From Nanobdellota archaeon (GTDB lineage: Archaea; Nanobdellota; Nanobdellia; Woesearchaeales; UBA9642): a DNA stretch of 32,000 bases. Made by a program: the position numbers and the translations under genes. Shown here piece after piece: positions 8,925-17,378 of this stretch. Each line of letters opens with the position of its first letter. The stretch's first letter is position 1. The DNA lies in assembly GCA_021813435.1 (NCBI GenBank), contig JAKAKR010000007.1:66857-98856 (forward strand), given 5' to 3'. The notes below the pieces were generated by a model. It was not told the origin of the DNA and did not search any database. It saw only the letters and a list, made by a program, of their open reading frames with translations.

Positions 8925-10084
8925 GGAAATGGTCCTCTGTCAACAATGCTTCCATTGCTCACTTGCTTTATCTCGACCAGTATACGATCCATATCTCCAC
9001 TTGCAGTGAAACCATAATCTCCGATGGTTCCATGATATTCTTTGAGATTATACATGTAATTCTTGATGCAGTCGGTCTTTATTCCACATTGCATCAGTGC
9101 ATCCTTAAGGATATAGACACGATCATAACTGGCGCCAATAATATACTCATTGACCGGTGTTCCCTTTTCCTCACGGTATTTTTCGAGAAGCATCCTTCCT
9201 GCAGTCGTCGTGAGTCCTCTTGCATCAAGAAACAATGTTCCGTCGACTGCAGACCCCGCAATAGCTATGGCTCGTGGACTACTGAGATAATACGCGCTGT
9301 AAAACTGCGCGGTAATGCCAAGTTCTCTTGCCTGTTTTGCGCACAACCCACCACTAGTATCATCTTGAGGATTGATGAATAGTGCGTCGGGATTTGCATC
9401 TTTTATCTTGGTGAGTTCAGCTCTTAAATCCTTTGATCCGGAAGCAAACACTTCGTCGGCAACAATGTGCGTCCCTTGTTTTGCGGCCTGTATCTTGAAT
9501 AATGCACGAACACTCATGGCATATTCGGTATTTTCACTAATTATGGCAACTCTTTTATATCCGTTACGCGCAATGAACTCTGCCATTGCAGGAGCAAAAT
9601 CATTATCTGTAGGAGAATTTCTGAAGATATAGGTTCCTGCATCGCTAATCGCAGGATTACTCGATGACGACGAGAACAGTATAATTTTATGCTCTTCAGT
9701 CAATGGCGCCATCGCAAGTGTTTCCCCGCTACACGTCCCTCCTAAGATTATTTTTACATGGTCTACAGTTATGAGTTTCTGGATGGCAGACACTGCATCC
9801 TTCCCGTTACATTTCCCGTCTTCTGGAATAATTCTGAGCAGGCGTCCATTTATGCCGTCATTGCTGTTGATTTCTGTTGCAGCAATCGTCGCGGCATCAA
9901 GTTCTGCCTGTCCTATTGCTCCTGCATCTCCACTGAGTGGACCCACAAACCCTATCGTTATTGGATCATGATTTCCGGTGACTTGTGCAGTTGGTAACTT
10001 AATAACAATAAGCGCTATAATACTTGCAGCAATGAGTACTGTAACAATCGCAGCGATAAACAGCGTTTTTGCATTCTTTTTCAT
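8921..10084 (-). CDS. membrane-anchored LivJ-type (Peripla_BP_6) solute-binding protein
   Basis: An N-terminal hydrophobic anchor is followed by ITIGFVGPLSGDAGAIGQ and a type I periplasmic-binding fold pattern. ATG 10084 is preceded by GGGGGTG; the GTG 10093 of the ORF track is rejected. Confidence 0.75.
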   Translation of the reverse strand: MKKNAKTLFIAAIVTVLIAASIIALIVIKLPTAQVTGNHDPITIGFVGPLSGDAGAIGQAELDAATIAATEINSNDGINGRLLRIIPEDGKCNGKDAVSAIQKLITVDHVKIILGGTCSGETLAMAPLTEEHKIILFSSSSSNPAISDAGTYIFRNSPTDNDFAPAMAEFIARNGYKRVAIISENTEYAMSVRALFKIQAAKQGTHIVADEVFASGSKDLRAELTKIKDANPDALFINPQDDTSGGLCAKQARELGITAQFYSAYYLSSPRAIAIAGSAVDGTLFLDARGLTTTAGRMLLEKYREEKGTPVNEYIIGASYDRVYILKDALMQCGIKTDCIKNYMYNLKEYHGTIGDYGFTASGDMDRILVEIKQVSNGSIVDRGPFP

Positions 10085-10205
10085 GAATAACACCCCCTAT
10101 TTTTTCATCTTTTTCAGTGCAGGATATATGATCAAGTGATGTATGATCATATTTTTTGTTATCCCTTACAAGTAAAGATAAATTGAACTATTATTTCTAT
10201 TTTTT

Positions 10206-10221
10206 ATCGGAATATTCCGAT
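10206..10221. promoter_or_regulatory. perfect 16-bp palindrome ATCGGAATATTCCGAT
   Basis: It abuts the stop codon of the HTH_10 gene and lies about 120 nt upstream of the solute-binding protein ATG. It shares 13 nt with the site at 10914-10926. Confidence 0.5.
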
Positions 10222-10895
10222 TATTTAAGATTTCGAGAAATATATGGCAGTACTTTCTCCTCTGCTTTCGCAAGATGGAATTGATACGTTGAAAGCGAGA
10301 TTTTCATCATTTTTGCAAGCTTTTCAAGCGTGATATGTCGGGGATATCCGTAATATCCGTTTGCGATCGCAAGATCGAGCGCTATCTTTTGTCTTGCGGA
10401 TATCTTTGGTAGGGTTGAAAGAATCATAAAACTAGATACGTGCTTCTTCTTCAAATGATACACTTTAAAATTAACTGCCTTCCACTGATGCGCGAGCTTG
10501 ATAATCTCTTCAAGCTGTTTGCGCTCAGGGCATGCAATCTCCCAATATTCAAATCCTTCTTTGTCGACGAACGCAGGTGTAATATACAATAATTTAGGGT
10601 TATAGACAAGTTGTATCGCTTTGGCGCGCGGCGCACTCAGCGGTTCTGAATAAATAAACGTAAACGCATTGACGTGATGTTCAAAAAAATGCTTTTTCTT
10701 ATCCATCGCAAGTGACTTGAAAAATTGTTTTTGTTGTTTTTCATTTCCGTCGACAGTGCCAATACTGGTCACGAAAATTCGCCCGTTCTCTATATAATGA
10801 CTCAATGCATAGTAATGGATTGTTACCCCAAATTTTTCTGTGCGCCAACTGAATGGTCCGTCGTTCTCTTTAGCCCTAATTTTTAGTGCCCACAT
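10221..10895 (-). CDS. HTH_10 (bacterio-opsin activator-type) DNA-binding regulator
   Basis: The C-terminal LSARQKIALDLAIANGYYGYPRHITLEKLAKMMKISLSTYQFHLAKAEEK matches the HTH_10 pattern (Q..l..A...GY...PR......A..l.is.st....L..ae.K). Confidence 0.7.
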   Translation of the reverse strand: MWALKIRAKENDGPFSWRTEKFGVTIHYYALSHYIENGRIFVTSIGTVDGNEKQQKQFFKSLAMDKKKHFFEHHVNAFTFIYSEPLSAPRAKAIQLVYNPKLLYITPAFVDKEGFEYWEIACPERKQLEEIIKLAHQWKAVNFKVYHLKKKHVSSFMILSTLPKISARQKIALDLAIANGYYGYPRHITLEKLAKMMKISLSTYQFHLAKAEEKVLPYISRNLK

Positions 10896-10913
10896 CGTAC
10901 GTCAAATACTCTA

Positions 10914-10926
10914 GGAATATTCCGAT
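10914..10926. promoter_or_regulatory. GGAATATTCCGAT operator-like palindrome in the HTH_10 gene promoter
   Basis: It sits between the TATA-like ATATATAA (about 10925-10932) and ATG 10895 of the minus-strand regulator gene. The 13 nt are identical to part of the 10206-10221 palindrome. Confidence 0.5.
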
Positions 10927-11026
10927 ATATAAAACTTATGTGCGTATGGTATTGACCGCTATGGTGGTCGGTCGAGTTCGCGTATCCAAAAGTCACCTTT
11001 ATAAACCCCCTTTCGATTCTTCATGT

Positions 11027-11431
11027 ATGCAGAAAACCCGCGTCATCCTGGACACGAATTTTGCAATGATTCCCGGGCAGTTCAGGGTCGATATCTATAC
11101 AGAATTCGCGCGAATCCTGAATTTTCCGTATGAACTTTGCATCTTCAAGGCAACACTTGTTGAACTCCAGAAACTTGCAAAAAGCAATGGAAAAGACGGT
11201 GCTGCAGCAAAACTGGCATTAGTGCTCATAAAACAGCAAAACTTAAAAATACTCCCTAATTCCTTTAAAAATAACGGTGTTGAGGAGCACTATACTGACG
11301 CAATCATCGTCGCAGAGTCCACACCCCGCGACATTGTGTGCACGCAGGATAAAGCGCTCAAGCGTGCGCTTAAAGATAATAACGTTGCAATCATAACGCT
11401 CCAATCACAAAAACGGTTAGGATTATCCTGA
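11027..11431 (+). CDS. PIN-domain protein (Fcf1/Utp24-like)
   Basis: RVILDTNFAM is an N-terminal PIN acidic motif, with later TDAIIV and CTQD. TATA TTTATAAA (10998-11005) lies 21 nt before ATG 11027. It occupies the position upstream of rpo7 typical for archaea. Confidence 0.7.
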   Translation: MQKTRVILDTNFAMIPGQFRVDIYTEFARILNFPYELCIFKATLVELQKLAKSNGKDGAAAKLALVLIKQQNLKILPNSFKNNGVEEHYTDAIIVAESTPRDIVCTQDKALKRALKDNNVAIITLQSQKRLGLS

Positions 11432-11486
11432 CCCATTCACTGACTCATTGTTTTGCATGACTTAATGCTTGAAAACGGAGGTAAAC

Positions 11487-12068
11487 ATGTACTACAAAAC
11501 CAAAGTCCAAGATTATGTACGCGTTCCGCCCAGCTCGTTTGGCGATGAACAAAAGCTTGCAATAATCAAGGAATTAAAAAAGAAATACAGCGGTTATATC
11601 AGTCCGGAATTAGGATTTGTGATCGATGTCTCAGGAGTCGAGGAAGTCGGCCAGGGACTTATACTTGCCGGTGATGGATCAACACATTATCAGGTCACAT
11701 TCTCTATGATCACATTCAAGCCGGAAATGCAGGAAATTGTGTATGGAAAGATCACGAATGTCGCTGATTTTGGCGCATTCATCAACATCGGTCCAGTCGA
11801 AGGCATGATCCATATCAGCCAGACCATGAATGACTTTGTCTCATTCAGTAAAGATGGAGTGCTCTTAGGGAAAAATACCAAGCGATCATTAAAAGTCGGC
11901 GACGTTTGCCGTGCAAGAATCATTGCAGTATCCTACAAGGATGTCAGCAATCCCAAGATCGGCCTTACCATGCGTCAGACTGGCCTTGGCAAAGAAGACT
12001 GGATTGACGAACCTGAAGAGAAGAAAGAGAAAGAGTCCAAGGAAAAAGAGGACAAAAAGGCAAAATAA
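11487..12068 (+). CDS. rpo7: DNA-directed RNA polymerase subunit Rpo7 (E')
   Basis: N-terminal YVRVPPSSFG, an S1 domain (GKITNVADFGAFINIGPVEGMIHISQ) and a Lys/Glu-rich tail. GGAGGT lies 5 nt before ATG 11487. Confidence 0.9.
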   Translation: MYYKTKVQDYVRVPPSSFGDEQKLAIIKELKKKYSGYISPELGFVIDVSGVEEVGQGLILAGDGSTHYQVTFSMITFKPEMQEIVYGKITNVADFGAFINIGPVEGMIHISQTMNDFVSFSKDGVLLGKNTKRSLKVGDVCRARIIAVSYKDVSNPKIGLTMRQTGLGKEDWIDEPEEKKEKESKEKEDKKAK

Positions 12069-12077
12069 GGTGTCATC

Positions 12078-12263
12078 ATGAAAAAAAAAGTATGTAAGAA
12101 ATGCAAGATTTTTGTGGAAGGAGAGACCTGCCCTATCTGTAAAAAGAACAGTTTCTCAACAAATTGGCAGGGTAGACTGTACATTGTCGATACCGGCAAG
12201 TCAGTCATTGCAAAAAAAGTGAATGCAGAACTCAAAGGAGAGTACGCAATCAAGGTCAAATAA
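12078..12263 (+). CDS. spt4: transcription elongation factor Spt4 (RpoE'')
   Basis: 61 aa zinc ribbon with CKKC...CPIC. It lies immediately downstream of rpo7. Confidence 0.85.
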   Translation: MKKKVCKKCKIFVEGETCPICKKNSFSTNWQGRLYIVDTGKSVIAKKVNAELKGEYAIKVK

Positions 12264-12282
12264 GAAATCATGAGGTTATATT

Positions 12283-12651
12283 ATGGCAACATCTATTGAA
12301 ATAAAAAAGAAAACTGCTGAACCACTGATGAAACGGACTCTGTTCAGCGCAAAAATGGTTTTTGAAGGGAAAACACCTTCACGGCTCGATATCAAAAAAG
12401 AGCTTGCACATGCCCTTGGCGCAAAACCAGAACTGCTTGTTGTGCGAAAGATCACCACTGATTATGGTTCTGAACGCGCAATGCTTGAAGGATATTTTTA
12501 TGAGGATGAGACAGCGATGAAGACCTTGGAAAACAAGCACGTCCTGCTCAGGCATCTCTCCACAGAAGAGCAGAAAAAAGAAAAGGACAGGCTCAAAGAG
12601 GCCAAAGCAGCTGCAAAATCTGCAGCGCAGGCAGCAAAGAAGAAAAAGTAA
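12283..12651 (+). CDS. rps24e: 30S ribosomal protein S24e
   Basis: NPLMKR-like start, EGKTPSR, TDYGSERAMLEGYFYED and a Lys/Ala-rich tail. Conserved position after spt4. Confidence 0.85.
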   Translation: MATSIEIKKKTAEPLMKRTLFSAKMVFEGKTPSRLDIKKELAHALGAKPELLVVRKITTDYGSERAMLEGYFYEDETAMKTLENKHVLLRHLSTEEQKKEKDRLKEAKAAAKSAAQAAKKKK

Positions 12652-12680
12652 TAAAAAAATAATATTCAAAGGTGATATTC

Positions 12681-12887
12681 ATGGCAGCTAAACCCGCAGC
12701 AAAATCCGCCGCAAAAGGCGGAGCACCCGTACCGAAAGGAAAGCAATACCATATGTATAAGATTTATGAAGTCTCTGGCACTAAGGCAAAGGCAAAGAAC
12801 AAGACCTGCCCAAAGTGTTCTGTCTTTATGGCAAACCACAAGGACCGCTGGACATGCGGCAAGTGTGGGTATATGGAAAAGAAGTAA
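12681..12887 (+). CDS. rps27ae: 30S ribosomal protein S27ae
   Basis: Zinc ribbon CPKC...[18 protein letters not shown] 12681 is preceded by AAAGGTGA. T-tracts follow the stop. Confidence 0.9.
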   Translation: MAAKPAAKSAAKGGAPVPKGKQYHMYKIYEVSGTKAKAKNKTCPKCSVFMANHKDRWTCGKCGYMEKK

Positions 12888-13000
12888 GTCTTATTGTGAC
12901 CACACTGTTCTTTCACTTTTTTTTATTCTTTTTAGAGTTTCTTTTTAAAACATTATAGCTCTTGTTTAGGATGCATCACATCTCAGAATGAAACTCAGGA

Positions 13001-13831
13001 CTAAATCTTGGCGAGAATATCCATCATTTTTTGCGGTCTACAATGGTATACACTATCGAACAATATCTTTAATACAGAGAATGTGACTGCTTTTGCCTTG
13101 AGAATATGTTTATCTTCTTCAGTTCTCAAGTGTGTTTCTATGAGCTGACATTTGGTACTGATATCCCGAAGCCGATAACCGAGTGTACTGCTCGTATTGC
13201 TTTTGTGAGTCCGGATATTGACTATCTCACTATTCACATATTTACTCGTATTCTTTTTCAGGTACCTTACAAGAAGTTCTGTATCAAAATTTATCTTCCA
13301 ATCCTTATTGTAGCTTCCAATCGCTTTTAATTCGTCAGTCTTGAACATGCAAGAGTTCTGTCTTATAGGAACTATCGCTCCGCCTAACAATTTTCGTATT
13401 AATTCATGAGAATCTTCTAATCCAATATTTTTTTTATGAGAATATACCTTTCCGTTCTCTTTCATATACGCTAAATCCCCGTACGCAAGACCTATCTGTG
13501 GATTTTGTTCCATAGTATCCACAAGCGTAGCAATCGATCCCTGTTTTAGGGCATCATCATGATCCAAAATCATCAAATATTTCCCTTGTGCCATTTCAAC
13601 GCCGCGGATATAGGCGTAAGGAAGTCCGAGATGTTCAAGATAGTGATATTTGAATGAAGCGTCATCGATAGAATCAAACAATGATTTTAGCGGCGGGCTG
13701 CTTCCATCATCAACAAGAAGAATCTCAAGATTTTTATACCCATTATTTAATGCGCTTTTAACAGAGTCTGTTACATACTGCGGTTTATTATATGCAGTGA
13801 TTACAACTGTTACAAAAGGTAACTCCGTCAT
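13001..13831 (-). CDS. family 2 glycosyltransferase
   Basis: VTVVITAYNKPQYV ... ILLVDDGS ... ILDHDD is a GT2 (GT-A) signature. TATA TTTATAAA (13853-13860) is upstream. A spot count gives markedly low GC. Confidence 0.85.
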   Translation of the reverse strand: MTELPFVTVVITAYNKPQYVTDSVKSALNNGYKNLEILLVDDGSSPPLKSLFDSIDDASFKYHYLEHLGLPYAYIRGVEMAQGKYLMILDHDDALKQGSIATLVDTMEQNPQIGLAYGDLAYMKENGKVYSHKKNIGLEDSHELIRKLLGGAIVPIRQNSCMFKTDELKAIGSYNKDWKINFDTELLVRYLKKNTSKYVNSEIVNIRTHKSNTSSTLGYRLRDISTKCQLIETHLRTEEDKHILKAKAVTFSVLKILFDSVYHCRPQKMMDILAKI

Positions 13832-13890
13832 AGGAGTGAAAATGAGGATTTATTTATAAATGTATGCAAATATCGCTCTTTTTGGGAAAG

Positions 13891-13945
13891 TCGAAAGAAA
13901 AATAAAATCCCTCTAGAAACCTTGAGGGTTCTTAGATTCTAGAGG
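13891..13945 (-). terminator. hairpin (9-bp stem) followed by a T-rich run on the minus strand
   Basis: CCTCTAGAA (13910-13918) pairs with TTCTAGAGG (13937-13945). On the minus strand this is followed by GATTTTATTTTTCTTTC. Confidence 0.4.
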
Positions 13946-13960
13946 TTTGATTACCTGATA

Positions 13961-14010
13961 ATAAAAAAATTTGCCTTCACTTGTCGTTGGGGGTGATGAG
14001 TGAAGGCAAA
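13961..14010 (-). terminator. intrinsic-terminator-like hairpin downstream of ftsZ
   Basis: Perfect 12-bp stem TTTGCCTTCACT (13970-13981) / AGTGAAGGCAAA (13999-14010) with a 17-nt loop. On the minus strand it is followed by TTTTTTTAT. Confidence 0.55.
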
Positions 14011-14101
14011 GAATTACATCCATAACGGAATGTGATTCTTGAACTGCGATGTAGCGCAGGTAGTGATTAGAGGGAAAATAAAAAAATAATAATCGTAAGG
14101 T

Positions 14102-15160
14102 TTATCTTACGATTTCAATGCCGAGTTCATCAGACATGCGCTGCCTGTTTGCTTTGGCCTGTTTTGGAGTGGTCTTTCCAAGGATCCAGGGGCTCTTGAC
14201 TCCAGTGATGATGGTCATGACTGTGAGTTTACCCTTCATGGATTCAGAGACACGTGCTCCCCAGATGACATTTGCATCTTCATCCATTGCTTCGGTCACA
14301 AGTTCGCCAACCCTGCTTATCTCATCAAGTGTCAAGTCAGGTCCGCCAGAGACATGGATGATTGCGCCTGTAGCGCCTTCGTAGCTGATGTCGAGGAGTG
14401 GGTTTGAAAGTGCGCCCTTGACTGCCTCTTCAACTCTGTTGTTGGTATCTGATGCGCCAACACCGATTGCTGCGACTCCGCCATCAGTCATGATTGCCTT
14501 GACATCTGCGTAGTCTAAGTTGACTAGTGATGGTATTGCGATAGTCTCTACAATTCCCTTGATCATTGTTGCCACAAGTTCGTTTGCGACTGCAAATGCT
14601 TGCTGGACTGGCAGGTTTCCTGCGATCTGGACAAGTCGATTGTTGTCAATAACAATGACCGTGTCTGATACTTGTCGCAATTGTTGGAGTCCGAATTCAG
14701 CCTTGTCAACGCGCGCTCTCTCAATCTTGAATGGCATGGTGACTGTTCCAATAACGATTGCGCCCATATCTTTAGCAGTTTGCGCGACTACGGGTGCTCC
14801 ACCAGTTCCTGTTCCGCCGCCCATTCCTGCGCAGACAAATACCATATCTGATGATTTGAGTGCATCCTTGATTTCCTGGATACTTTCCTGTGCTGCTTCT
14901 GTTCCTCGTTCAGGGAATCCTCCACATCCAAGTCCGCGTGTTACATCCTTTCCGAGTAAGAATTTGCGATCAGCTTCCATAAGATTAAGATGTTGCTGGT
15001 CTGTGTTGCAGGCGATGATTTCAGCGCCTTTGATCCCTTTTTTGTAGAGCCAGTTGACCATGTTGTTTCCTGCTCCACCGACGCCAATAACTTTAATATT
15101 GGCCTGTCCTACTTCTATGCCTTCAAAGCCGTTTGCTTGTGTTGTTTTAACGAAGTCCAT
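14102..15160 (-). CDS. ftsZ: cell division GTPase FtsZ
   Basis: IKVIGVGGAGNN and the tubulin signature GGGTGTG are present. ATG 15160 (MDFVKT...) is preceded by GGGGG. The ORF-track start at 15232 lies inside the promoter repeats. Confidence 0.95.
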   Translation of the reverse strand: MDFVKTTQANGFEGIEVGQANIKVIGVGGAGNNMVNWLYKKGIKGAEIIACNTDQQHLNLMEADRKFLLGKDVTRGLGCGGFPERGTEAAQESIQEIKDALKSSDMVFVCAGMGGGTGTGGAPVVAQTAKDMGAIVIGTVTMPFKIERARVDKAEFGLQQLRQVSDTVIVIDNNRLVQIAGNLPVQQAFAVANELVATMIKGIVETIAIPSLVNLDYADVKAIMTDGGVAAIGVGASDTNNRVEEAVKGALSNPLLDISYEGATGAIIHVSGGPDLTLDEISRVGELVTEAMDEDANVIWGARVSESMKGKLTVMTIITGVKSPWILGKTTPKQAKANRQRMSDELGIEIVR

Positions 15161-15207
15161 TTTTTGCCCCCAAGGTTTTTCCCCCTTGTTTTTGGTTGTC
15201 CTTGATA

Positions 15208-15234
15208 ATATATTGCAAAACATATATTGCAAAA
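15208..15234 (-). promoter_or_regulatory. tandem 13-nt repeat ATATATTGCAAAA x2 in the ftsZ promoter region
   Basis: Copies at 15208-15220 and 15222-15234, 48-74 nt upstream of the ftsZ ATG. Each contains a TATA-like core. Confidence 0.5.
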
Positions 15235-15302
15235 TATACTTCTGACTATGAAAATGTTTATATAATAGTTTCCACTATTCCCTTTTAGAACAAGTTTTTA
15301 TC

Positions 15303-15408
15303 TCGCCAAAGATAAACTTCGCCAATCGGACTTTTCGCCAAAAAAGCACGATTTTGGTTACCTTTTTTGTATACTCGTATATTAAAGTTTTCGCCAAAAA
15401 ACTTTAAT
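15303..15408. repeat. iteron-like TCGCCAA boxes (3 copies in 16-bp phase plus a fourth inside an 11-bp perfect palindrome)
   Basis: TCGCCAA occurs at 15303, 15319, 15335 and 15391. The arms ATTAAAGTTTT (15381-15391) and AAAACTTTAAT (15398-15408) flank the loop CGCCAA. Confidence 0.6.
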
Positions 15409-15725
15409 TAATTCTTTTAATCTCAGAACTTATATATAAATATTTCTGTTCTGCAAATTAGTAATTCATAATAATTACTTCTCAATGATTGTTTTTTAAT
15501 TACTATTTTTGAGTATATACTTCGTGCGTGTTATGTCGGTGTTCTCTTTTATGCACGAGAAATATTTTATTTTTTTCAAATACTGCCATCTTTGGAACGC
15601 GATTTTGATCAATCCTGAGCGCTCAGCAGATAAAATCCAACAATGAAAAATTAATAAAATTTATATATAAGTATATTCATTTGTATACTGATTGTGTTAT
15701 TTTAAGCGGATTATTTAGGTGGATT

Positions 15726-16166
15726 ATGTCAAAATTGATCATGATTATCAATGAACATGATTTCAATCGTAAGATTGACGAACATATCTTTAGAAAAATG
15801 TACGGGTTTGAAACAATCGGGATGAAATCATACGCTGATGCCCGATCCTATCTCCATACTGATTCTTCCCGTTTGCCTGATGGAATCATTGCAATGCAGG
15901 GACTTGGTCGCGAAGGCGAGCAATTCATCAATAACGATGTCGGGCCCCTATCCCAACTTGCAGATATCCCCAAAAATGTTGTTGTCGTTTCAGGCGATTA
16001 TGGCGGGCATTATAAAGAGATTTTTAGCTCCCCGTTTATCCACGATGTGTGCTTGCTTGCTGACGTAAAAACCCCTGCCAAAAATTCCTGCGATAATTAT
16101 TACGAATCAATGGCGCGACTCCTTAATTACCAGAAAACACCTGTTCCTGCAAAAATATTTGGATAA
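15726..16166 (+). CDS. hypothetical protein (146 aa)
   Basis: ATG 15726 follows AT-rich TATA-like sequence. The N-terminal alternating beta/alpha pattern is vaguely receiver-like but lacks the conserved Asp pocket. No confident family. Confidence 0.4.
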   Translation: MSKLIMIINEHDFNRKIDEHIFRKMYGFETIGMKSYADARSYLHTDSSRLPDGIIAMQGLGREGEQFINNDVGPLSQLADIPKNVVVVSGDYGGHYKEIFSSPFIHDVCLLADVKTPAKNSCDNYYESMARLLNYQKTPVPAKIFG

Positions 16167-16700
16167 TCAGCGCTCAAATATTATTTCTTTCTTATCCGGA
16201 TACAGATTCATCGCAACCATCTGCGTGTATTGATCTTCGGTGAGCACGAGCTGCGTGATGGTGTAATTGTGCTGCTCCTTGATCTGTACCACTGCCTGTC
16301 GGATGGGGTTCTGCTCTACCCCGTCTCCGATGATGAGAAGGTTTGCTTTCTCCTTTTCTTCCTTGCCGTACAGTATAATCCCGCGGATATTCGGGTCCTT
16401 GATCACCTGTTCAATAAATTCATCGAGTATTGTTTTCTTCTGTTCGAGTATGGAATCAAGAAATTTGGTCTTCTCGTTACTCAGTAGGATATACGTCTTG
16501 AGGTGTTTTGTTTTGTTCTTTTGGAGCACTTGTAATGCGACAAGCTTGTTGACAATCCGGTATGTGGAAGCAAGCGGGACTTTGCTGTATTTCGAGATTT
16601 CCTGAAGACAGAACTCCTGGTCTTTCTTGGTTAAAAAAAGCTTGAGGATGTTGAGTGTTTTTATGTCAAAAAGGCTTTCGAGCAGTTTTGCTGATTCCAT
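16167..16700 (-). CDS. winged-helix (MarR/ArsR/TrmB-like) transcription regulator with uncharacterised C-terminal domain
   Basis: N-terminal LNILKLFLTKKDQEFCLQEISKYSKVPLASTYRIVNKLVALQVL is a typical wHTH. The stop codon abuts the stop of the convergent gene (16166/16167). Confidence 0.55.
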   Translation of the reverse strand: MESAKLLESLFDIKTLNILKLFLTKKDQEFCLQEISKYSKVPLASTYRIVNKLVALQVLQKNKTKHLKTYILLSNEKTKFLDSILEQKKTILDEFIEQVIKDPNIRGIILYGKEEKEKANLLIIGDGVEQNPIRQAVVQIKEQHNYTITQLVLTEDQYTQMVAMNLYPDKKEIIFER

Positions 16701-16827
16701 TGATTTGCTATTGTACGCGCTTTTATTTAAATCTTTTCATTTTTGAAATTAGTTTTCATATTTGGATTAATTGAGACAGTTCATACGTATCACTATTTAT
16801 ATCGCACGTTTATGGTTATACTCTTAC

Positions 16828-17373
16828 TTAGAAATACAGCTTCTTATTCTTCCATTGCGCTACTGCATGAATGATCGCATGTTCAGTATATGCCTGTCGC
16901 GTCAGTATCCTATTGGTAAGAACTCCCACAATCCCTTCTTTACTGCCAATATCTGATTGATCAGTCATTTTATGGTTAAAAAATGAAGTACTGGAATCAA
17001 TGCCCTTTGTCAGGATATCTTCAACAACCTGTTTCGGAAACTCAAACATTGATGAGAGACCCATATAATAGTGTTCTCCATCATAAATGACGCATGCAGT
17101 AAAATCCAGATATCCGGTATATGTATACGGTGCTTCCATAAGTCCACTTTCAATCCCAAAACCAAGTGTTGCTTTTCCTACGGCTGATTCAAATGCAAGC
17201 CGCGCTCTGTTGCGGGCGCCATCAATGGTTTCTTTTAAGCTCTTGGGTTGTTCTGAAACTCCTGAAGAAACAGGAAACGCAAGTATCTCGATAGGATGGG
17301 TATCATACATTTGTATGATTTTCTCTACTGCCTGGATTTTTGCAGGATTCTTTGTCCCTAAAGAAATAATCAT
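16828..17373 (-). CDS. inosine/xanthosine triphosphatase (YjjX / DUF84 NTPase family)
   Basis: GTKNPAKIQAV, SGVSEQP and GARNRA match the YjjX family signature. Confidence 0.8.
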   Translation of the reverse strand: MIISLGTKNPAKIQAVEKIIQMYDTHPIEILAFPVSSGVSEQPKSLKETIDGARNRARLAFESAVGKATLGFGIESGLMEAPYTYTGYLDFTACVIYDGEHYYMGLSSMFEFPKQVVEDILTKGIDSSTSFFNHKMTDQSDIGSKEGIVGVLTNRILTRQAYTEHAIIHAVAQWKNKKLYF

Positions 17374-17378
17374 GACTA

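Noticed and set aside
13990-14070. Possible C/D-box sRNA (GUGAUGA at about 13993-13999)
   Set aside because: No CUGA D or D' boxes occur at the required spacing on either strand. The GUGAUGA lies in the loop and stem of the ftsZ terminator-like hairpin.
14118-15245. Plus-strand ORFs (88, 175, 71, 63 aa) antisense to ftsZ
   Set aside because: These are shadow ORFs of a highly conserved gene, and their Ser/Pro/Thr-rich translations are typical of antisense frames.
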